From NCBI GenBank assembly GCA_031316235.1, contig JALDRA010000001.1, positions 2,460,001 to 2,492,000 of the forward strand: a stretch of DNA of 32,000 nucleotides, read 5' to 3'. The stretch's first letter is position 1. Every line of letters starts with the position of its first letter. The translations under genes and the position numbers were made by a program. The DNA comes from Candidatus Scalindua sp. (GTDB taxonomy: Bacteria; Planctomycetota; Brocadiia; Brocadiales; Scalinduaceae). Shown here piece by piece: positions 25,547-32,000 of the stretch. Below the pieces are notes generated by a model. That model saw only the letters and a list, made by a program, of their open reading frames with translations. It did not search any database and was not told where the DNA came from.

Positions 25547-28500
25547 TCAGGCCCTTACAGACTCTTTTATCTTTTCAACAATATCGTATACTACCGGTAC
25601 TAAAATTAACGTCAACAGCGTGGAAAAAAGTAATCCGCCAATGACGGTAATCCCCATTGGTACTCTTAATTCCGCACCCTCTCCCAGGCCAAGAGCCAGG
25701 GGGAGAAGTCCGAGGACTGTGGTGGTGGTAGTCATTAAAATCGGGCGGAGCCGTATTTTGCCGCCTTCAAGAATTGCTTCACGTCTCGGCATTCCCTCCT
25801 TGCGGCGGGTGTTTATGCAATCAATAAGGACGATTGCATTGTTTACGACAATCCCTGCAAGCATGACAACCCCTACCAAGACAAGGATGCTCACAGGTTG
25901 AGAAGTTATCCACAAGGCGAAAACTACTCCAACGAGCGCAAAAGGTATCGTAACCATTATCACAAAAGGGTGGAGTAACGATTCAAATTGAGATGCCATC
26001 ACGATATAAACTAAAAAAACCGCCAGAATTATGGCAAAAACCATGCTTGAAAATGCAACAAGCATCTCCCGGTTTTGTCCGCTGACCGAAACTTCAAAAC
26101 CACTTGGTATTCTGAGGTCATCAATCATTCTCTCTATGTCGCTGACTACGCTGCGCAAATCTCTTCCCAGCAAATTTGCCGAAACCAACACTACCCGTTC
26201 CTGGTCGATACGTCTGATTTCTCCCGGCCCTTCCTCGATCTTTATCTCCGAAATCGAAGCCAGGGAAACAGGTCTTTCCCCTTCTGGATTAATCACAAAG
26301 TTTCTCAAATTCTCGACACTGTTAATGTCTTTCTTTCTTACGCGAACCCGCACATCAACTTTTCTATCTCTCTTAGAAAATTCTGTACTCACATTCCCCA
26401 GAACATTGTCACGAATTATTGTTGCGACGGTATTCGAATCTAAACCAAGCCGGGTAAGCTTTTGTCTGTTAAAGACAATCTGAATCTCAGGAATTCCACC
26501 CTCAATGGTAGATTTTACATCAGTGATACCCTTTATTTCCTTCAAGCTGTCACTCACGATTTTAGATAATTTCCTGAGGGTATCAAGATTGTATCCCTTT
26601 ATTTCTATTTCAATGGGTGTAGCATAGGTGAAATATGCTGGCCGTGAAAACTTATAATCAACTGCCGGTAACAGTTTCAGCTTTTGCCTTAAATCGGCAA
26701 TAATCTCTTTTTCAACTCCGCGTTCAGACTTCTTCCACAAACTGATGTTAACTTCACCGATATTTTCCCTCTCTTCTGCCACACTTCCACCTACCTGGCC
26801 TGAGGAACCCGTAATAGTGTGCATCGTCTCTATCTTTGATTCGCCACCAGCAATTTTTTCTATTTTCTTAACTGTTTCAAGGGTGCCAGAAAGAGGCGTC
26901 CCTGTCGGCTTTTCAATAGTAATAGTAAATGCTCCCTGGCTCAGCTCAGGAATCAGTTCTTTTCCTAAATTTCCTGAAAGGTACCAGGCCCCGACAACTG
27001 TTATGAATGCAACCGTGATGATAAGTGATTTAGATGATAAGGCAAAGCTGAGAATCCTCGGATAAACCCTTGTAACTGCAGAAAACACAATATCAAATGT
27101 AATAAACAGCGGATAGAGAGATACATAAAGAATTTTGGATGGTTTTGGAAAAGGGGTATCCGGACTGTTTTGTTCTTTCACCGTTACTCCTTCTTTTTTC
27201 CTCATCCTGAGTGAAGACAGCATCGGGATTAGGGTCATTGCCACAAGTAACGAGATGATGAGCGAATATGCTACGGTAAGCGCCTGGTCGTTAAACAATT
27301 GACCTGCTATCCCTTTAACAAATATTATCGGTATAAAAACGCATACCGTTGTAAGGGTTGACGCGATAACTGCTCCGCCAACCTCACTTGCTCCTTTATT
27401 TGCAGCATCTATCTCGCTGCACCCCTGTCTATGGTATCTGTCGATGCTTTCGAGAACAACAATCGAGTTATCAACAAGCATTCCCATACCCAGGGCCAAT
27501 CCTCCCAATGACATTACATTCAGAGACACACCGGATATAAACATAAAGAAAAAGGTAGCCGTAACTGATAGAGGAATTGTCAGGCTGATAATGAGTGTGC
27601 TCTTCATACTCTTCAGAAACATGAGCAGTATAATGATGGCTAGGCATCCGCCCCACAGAGCGGTAAAAATCACCTCTCTGATTGATCTTTCAATAAATCT
27701 TGATTGATCAAAAATTATCTCTAATCTGATAGATTTTGAATACCTGCTCAACCTTTTTTCTATTTCTTTCAATCGTTCTTTTACCAGGCGTGCAACGGTT
27801 ACGGTATTTGCATCTGCCTCCTTGTGGATTGCAATCTCTACACTTTCTCTGCCGTTGACCCGGGTTATCACTTTACGTTCTTTATGACCTTTTCTTACAT
27901 TTCCAATATCGCTTACCCTTATAGGTATCCTGTTTTTTAAATCGACAATAATGTCCCTTATATCTTCTACCTTCTGGAACTCATTAAATGTTCTTACGAT
28001 GTACTCTATCTCACCTTCCTTGATATTGCCGGCTGTTAAATTAATATTCTCTTCTCCCAACCTCCTGATGACCGTTGAGATTGGTATTCCCAGGTTTGCG
28101 AGTCTCGCTTCTTCCAGCTCCACATGTATCTCCTCCTCTAAACCGCCGCTTATCTCCACTGCTGCTACACCCCTGATCGCTTTCGAACCCATCACGCCCC
28201 CTTCAGCTGACAAACCTTCAAGAGAAGGTTCCACCTCTTCTTCTGCCAGGATACGAAGGGTAACAAGGTCATCATCTCCATAGAGAGATATTCTCATAAT
28301 GGGATCAAGGGAGGGATCAAACCGTAACAGGATTGGCCGTTCGGCGCTGTCGGGGAGATCTACCATGTCTAATTTCTCGCGTATGTCCATAGATGCAAAA
28401 TCCATGTTGGTCTTCCAGAGAAATTCAATAACAACTTCAGAGACATCAGGACGTGAACGGGAACTGACGCGTACTACATTCGAAACCACACTTACCGCAT

Positions 28501-28705
28501 TCTCAATCGGTTTTGAGAGTAAATTTTCAATTTCACTTGGCGCTGCACCAGGGTATTTGGTTCGAACCGTTAATGTAGGATAAGAGATATCCGGTAAGAG
28601 ATTGATGGGTAGTCGTTCAAAAGATATCAACCCGAAAACGACCAATGTGGACATGAGCATTACTACGGTAACTCGTCTATTTGTTGCAAATTCAACTATC
28701 TTCAA
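25547..28705 (-). CDS. RND-family efflux permease (AcrB/HAE-type), first paralogue
   Basis: 1052 aa with RND layout. N-terminal ...RRVTVVMLMSTLVVFGLISFERLPINLLPD and C-terminal-half motif VVNNAIVLID. TTG start, 3 nt after the adaptor gene stop. Confidence 0.9.
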   Translation of the reverse strand: MKIVEFATNRRVTVVMLMSTLVVFGLISFERLPINLLPDISYPTLTVRTKYPGAAPSEIENLLSKPIENAVSVVSNVVRVSSRSRPDVSEVVIEFLWKTNMDFASMDIREKLDMVDLPDSAERPILLRFDPSLDPIMRISLYGDDDLVTLRILAEEEVEPSLEGLSAEGGVMGSKAIRGVAAVEISGGLEEEIHVELEEARLANLGIPISTVIRRLGEENINLTAGNIKEGEIEYIVRTFNEFQKVEDIRDIIVDLKNRIPIRVSDIGNVRKGHKERKVITRVNGRESVEIAIHKEADANTVTVARLVKERLKEIEKRLSRYSKSIRLEIIFDQSRFIERSIREVIFTALWGGCLAIIILLMFLKSMKSTLIISLTIPLSVTATFFFMFISGVSLNVMSLGGLALGMGMLVDNSIVVLESIDRYHRQGCSEIDAANKGASEVGGAVIASTLTTVCVFIPIIFVKGIAGQLFNDQALTVAYSLIISLLVAMTLIPMLSSLRMRKKEGVTVKEQNSPDTPFPKPSKILYVSLYPLFITFDIVFSAVTRVYPRILSFALSSKSLIITVAFITVVGAWYLSGNLGKELIPELSQGAFTITIEKPTGTPLSGTLETVKKIEKIAGGESKIETMHTITGSSGQVGGSVAEERENIGEVNISLWKKSERGVEKEIIADLRQKLKLLPAVDYKFSRPAYFTYATPIEIEIKGYNLDTLRKLSKIVSDSLKEIKGITDVKSTIEGGIPEIQIVFNRQKLTRLGLDSNTVATIIRDNVLGNVSTEFSKRDRKVDVRVRVRKKDINSVENLRNFVINPEGERPVSLASISEIKIEEGPGEIRRIDQERVVLVSANLLGRDLRSVVSDIERMIDDLRIPSGFEVSVSGQNREMLVAFSSMVFAIILAVFLVYIVMASQFESLLHPFVIMVTIPFALVGVVFALWITSQPVSILVLVGVVMLAGIVVNNAIVLIDCINTRRKEGMPRREAILEGGKIRLRPILMTTTTTVLGLLPLALGLGEGAELRVPMGITVIGGLLFSTLLTLILVPVVYDIVEKIKESVRA

Positions 28706-28708
28706 GTC

Positions 28709-30187
28709 TTATAACCTATCATTTTCTTCATGGAGAATCATCACGGCAGTCCCTTGACCAATATCGTTCTGGCCGACGGAAATAATTCTCTCTCCCTCTT
28801 TGAGTCCGGAGAGTACCTCAACAGTATTCTCAGCCCTGAAGCCGAGGGTTACTTTCGTTTTCATTGCCCTGTGCTCAATACGAAAAAGGACAGTATTAAA
28901 CCGGCATACCTGAACTTCCGGCTCCCGATAGAAAGAGACGGTATCAAATTCCCCATTTTCTCTAACACTGTCATCAGCAATTTCTATCGTAACAGAAAAT
29001 TTTGTGTTCGTTTGATTCCTGGAAATATCCACGATTTCCCCTCTCACTGAGGATCCGCCATCATCCGGAGAGTTCGTATCCCGGGATTTTCTTCCTGTGC
29101 ACACGGCACTGTCACCGATAACCAATCCACTTAATTCACCAGTTTCTATTTCCAATATGAGAAAATCTCTCACAACGAAGACTTCGTCCGCTTCTGATCC
29201 CAATAGCAATACTTTTTTGGGGATCACAAGGGCATCATGGTTTTTCCCAACAATAACAGAGACGGAGACAAACATCCCGGGTTTCAGAGCACCGTCTGCA
29301 TCCGCAATTTCGATAGTGACCTTTACGGTTCCACTTTCAGGGTCAACAACAGGGCTTATTTCCCTGACCTTCCCTGGAAATTCTATACCCGGTAAGAATT
29401 CGGATGAAATTCTTGCAATTTGCCCATTTTCTATCCTGCTCAAGTCTTTCTCAGGGATATAAATCTTAGCCAGAATAGGTTTAAAGTCTGCGACCTTAAA
29501 TACAATTTGATCCTTTTTGACATTGTCGCCCTCTTCAATGTTCCGCTCAACAATAATACCGGTAATTGGAGACTCAATTGTTGTATATTCATATTCTAAC
29601 TCCCTTTTTTCAAGTTCCACTGTGGCAATTTCAAACTTGAATTTGTTATCTTCCACTTCATCTCTGCTCACAATATTTTCTTTGAAATTCTCAAGTGACC
29701 AGGTATAAACTCTCTGTGCATTTTCTTTTTTTACCTTTGCATCTTTCAACGCTAAAAGGGATTCGGCTTCATCGAGTCTTGCAAGCAGATGCCCCGATTC
29801 TACAGAGTCACCCTCCTCTGCAGTAATATGTTTCACCAAACCGGATATTTGCGCTACGATATCGACCTGTTTTGCCGGCTCAAGTGCACAATTATTAGGT
29901 AAATAAATCTCTATATCCTCTTTTTTTACCCTGCTTACTTCCACAGGCACTTTTTCAGAATTCTTCCGGTCTGTTACAGGCAATACCCTGGCATCTGCTT
30001 CTCTTTTTTTATCTTTTCTGCCCAATCTACCGTTTTGTATCTCTTTCAGCTTTTTTTCTTTATTCTGTCTATTAAATTGCTCTTCCGGTTTACGCTTCCA
30101 CAGGAAATTTGTCTTTAAGACAAAAAAAGCTGCGGCTGCAAGGATAAGAAATATCAGGCAGGCCCTGATAAGAATCACACTTTTCAT
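28709..30187 (-). CDS. RND efflux periplasmic adaptor (membrane-fusion protein), unusually long (492 aa)
   Basis: N-terminal TM helix and a Lys/Arg-rich linker. Lipoyl motif VDIVAQISGLVKHITAEEGDSVESGHLLARLD, short coiled hairpin, beta-barrel (GKVREISPVVDPESGTVKVTIEIAD) and C-terminal VEVLSGLKEGERIISVG. There is an extra ~100-aa segment at aa ~340-440. It sits directly upstream of an RND permease. Confidence 0.8.
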   Translation of the reverse strand: MKSVILIRACLIFLILAAAAFFVLKTNFLWKRKPEEQFNRQNKEKKLKEIQNGRLGRKDKKREADARVLPVTDRKNSEKVPVEVSRVKKEDIEIYLPNNCALEPAKQVDIVAQISGLVKHITAEEGDSVESGHLLARLDEAESLLALKDAKVKKENAQRVYTWSLENFKENIVSRDEVEDNKFKFEIATVELEKRELEYEYTTIESPITGIIVERNIEEGDNVKKDQIVFKVADFKPILAKIYIPEKDLSRIENGQIARISSEFLPGIEFPGKVREISPVVDPESGTVKVTIEIADADGALKPGMFVSVSVIVGKNHDALVIPKKVLLLGSEADEVFVVRDFLILEIETGELSGLVIGDSAVCTGRKSRDTNSPDDGGSSVRGEIVDISRNQTNTKFSVTIEIADDSVRENGEFDTVSFYREPEVQVCRFNTVLFRIEHRAMKTKVTLGFRAENTVEVLSGLKEGERIISVGQNDIGQGTAVMILHEENDRL

Positions 30188-30237
30188 GGTTTATTTTTCG
30201 TATTTAGTAGTTTCACGGTTTTTTTTGAATAGTGTTT

Positions 30238-30377
30238 CTATACTGAAACCGATTTGGTTTTCGGTTTTTCTGAAAACCAAATCCTGGTGAAAGTATCCCC
30301 GGACAAAAAGCGCCGGGGACTTTACCTGCTCCGTTTTTTCTCGGATTTTATCCGAAACCCAGTATGAAATGAGTATA
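30238..30377 (-). repeat. ~140-bp interspersed structured repeat, copy 5 (full length, inverted)
   Basis: Its reverse complement aligns end to end with copies 1 and 2. The middle hairpin is perfect here (TCCCCGG/CCGGGGA). The long hairpin keeps a perfect 12-bp outer stem. It ends 50 bp upstream of the adaptor ATG. Confidence 0.85.
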
Positions 30378-30466
30378 TTATAACATAGTCTTTGAGAGAC
30401 ACAATGTATCTTAAGGAGAGACGGGAAACCAGAAAAAACAGCATGTACTCCTCCGGTCACTTCTGT

Positions 30467-30530
30467 CCGGGGACTTTACCCGCTCCGTTTTTCTCGGATT
30501 TTATCCGAAAACCATTATGGAATGAGTATA
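30467..30530 (-). repeat. ~140-bp repeat, copy 6 (left half only)
   Basis: CCGGGGACTTTACCCGCTCCGTTTTTCTCGGATTTTATCCGAAAACCATTATGGAATGAGTATA aligns with the corresponding part of copy 5. The truncation point lies in the CCGGGG hairpin. Confidence 0.65.
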
Positions 30531-30628
30531 CATTGTCGTGGTCTTTCAGCAAATGACAGGATTGTGGATAGGTGTTCAGATCTTGCTGGAATTATCAGTT
30601 TATGAGAGGAGAGGCAAAAAGCAGGGAA

Positions 30629-32000
30629 TCAACCTTGACTATCCCTTGACACAGATATGGTTTTCGAAGCCCCTTTTTTGTCCAGAAACAGCAGCATCTC
30701 TTCAGCAGCCTGTTTAAATGTATTATTTTCGTTCCCTTCCAATTCCAGTATCCGGTTACAGGATTGTTTCGCATCTTCATATCTTTTAATCTTAATGAGT
30801 GTTTTCGCCAGATTCATATGCAGGCCTGGTTCGGACGGTACATAACGTATCGCTTCGTTTAATTCGTAAACAGCTTTTTCACATCGGCCTGTTTCATTAT
30901 AAATTTGGGCAAGTTTATTGTGTATTTCATATTTAAACGGGTATAAGTCTGCTGCCTTTTGATAAGAGGCAATTGCTTCCCTGGTGAAATCCCTGCCCGA
31001 TATCAAACCAAGGGTATGGTAGGCCTGGCCGAGGATAAATGCCGAACGGTAATCTTCCGGATAAAGCTTCTGAACCTCCCCGGCCCCGAGAATAGTATTA
31101 TTTAACCAGAGAGTTGCCTGTTCATGGGTAAAAGATTCCGGTAAGCCTCTTTTTACATACTCTCTTTTTTGATTCAGTGTAATCGCAGCCATCTGCAGAT
31201 AAATCTCATTGCGAACATTGAGGTAATTTATCTCAAAGGGATTGTGCCTTGCAGCCATTTCGTAGTTTTCAATTGCTTCAATTGTTGAATTTCTGTGCAA
31301 TAATTTCTGTGCCCTGCTGAAATAGATGTCCGCCTTATAACGTGTTAAGGTTCCAATGACGAGCAAAACCATGAAAGCCATTACACAGCCGCAGAGTATA
31401 GTCTTTGCCAGTCTGTCAGGGCGAAGAAGGGCGCCTCGCCTTCTTACCCAAAATCCATTATTCTGCTTAAGTTGAATATCTGTTTTGGTTTCTTCAATTA
31501 CTTCGTTTGATAAGGGATTCCCGGTTGTACACGCGATTACCGATAAACCAACAAGAAACCAGATCATGGTGATTATGGGTACATGCCCGAAGCTGAACTG
31601 GTTTTGTATAAAATAAGCGAGGCAACCGGAAGAGAGACCAGTTATCAATATCTTATTCTTACCATCCGTTTCCCTGTATCCTTTCCATATCATTCCTGCA
31701 TAGGCAACAATGAACCAGACATATACACCAAGCCCCAGAAACCCCCTTGAAACTGCCATGTCCAGGATATCATTATGTATCCTGTTCTGGTTTTCAAAGT
31801 TTCCCTGTTTATTCCTTTTCTTATAGACCTTCGAGAGGTACTGAGGATAGAGCATGCCTAATGTATCAGGACCAATCCCAAGAAGAGGATAATCTTTGAT
31901 AATCTCAATTCCCGTCAGGTATTGAAAAACTCTCATAGCCATTGTGCCTCCCAGACGATCGGTATACCCGATCTCCGTCCGGGCAGGATCCGGATCCCTG
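30629..32000 (-). CDS. O-antigen-ligase-like (Wzy_C-type) membrane protein with C-terminal TPR repeats; 5' end outside the window
   Basis: The frame stays open through the window edge upstream of the ORF-track ATG at 31942. YPLLGIGPDTLG...IHNDILDMAVSRGFLGLG resembles the O-antigen ligase/polymerase family loop. Several TM helices follow, then TPR-like repeats (e.g. AIASYQKAADLYPFKYEIHNKLAQIYNETGRCEKAVYELNEAIRYVP). Confidence 0.7.
   Translation of the reverse strand, partial: RDPDPARTEIGYTDRLGGTMAMRVFQYLTGIEIIKDYPLLGIGPDTLGMLYPQYLSKVYKKRNKQGNFENQNRIHNDILDMAVSRGFLGLGVYVWFIVAYAGMIWKGYRETDGKNKILITGLSSGCLAYFIQNQFSFGHVPIITMIWFLVGLSVIACTTGNPLSNEVIEETKTDIQLKQNNGFWVRRRGALLRPDRLAKTILCGCVMAFMVLLVIGTLTRYKADIYFSRAQKLLHRNSTIEAIENYEMAARHNPFEINYLNVRNEIYLQMAAITLNQKREYVKRGLPESFTHEQATLWLNNTILGAGEVQKLYPEDYRSAFILGQAYHTLGLISGRDFTREAIASYQKAADLYPFKYEIHNKLAQIYNETGRCEKAVYELNEAIRYVPSEPGLHMNLAKTLIKIKRYEDAKQSCNRILELEGNENNTFKQAAEEMLLFLDKKGASKTISVSRDSQG

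Noticed and set aside
839-30530. Whether the recurring repeat could be a CRISPR array or the remains of one.
   Set aside because: Copies are kilobases apart, occur in both orientations, are ~140 bp long (far longer than CRISPR repeats), and have no regular spacers. No cas genes are present.

Overview
This is a densely coding bacterial chromosomal window made up mostly of housekeeping and efflux genes.

**Gene order, left to right**
- The 3' part of a dihaem c-type cytochrome gene, followed by a small ORF.
- A four-gene MacAB-type ABC efflux operon: adaptor, ATPase and two FtsX-type permeases.
- A ymdB-like metallophosphoesterase.
- A run of stop/start-overlapping genes: xseA, xseB, dxs, nadK and a three-subunit 2-oxoacid:ferredoxin oxidoreductase.
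- anmK on the minus strand, then an HD-domain protein.
- An APC-family amino-acid permease, preceded by a long leader with a small coupled ORF.
- A large M16 zinc peptidase.
- A minus-strand RND efflux locus: an unusually long adaptor plus two paralogous RND permeases, split by a plus-strand PilZ-domain gene.
- The 3' part of an O-antigen-ligase-like/TPR membrane protein, which runs off the right edge.

I saw no rRNA, tRNA, CRISPR array, transposase or recognisable defence or toxin system.

**Most unusual signal**
The strongest signal is non-coding. A ~140-bp structured repeat occurs seven times as full copies or fragments, always between genes. It has short terminal inverted repeats and three hairpins, and the last hairpin resembles an intrinsic terminator. 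One copy appears to carry a second, unrelated inverted-repeat element inserted at its end, with a 9-bp duplication. These repeats account for six spurious ORFs in the supplied track.

**Secondary points**
- An apparent partial internal duplication in the RND adaptor.
- The PilZ gene embedded in the RND locus.
- An 8-bp direct repeat (CTTGACAA) in the divergent region next to the PilZ gene.

Lineage cannot be assigned from the sequence alone. The gene content suggests an anaerobic, diderm-type bacterium.
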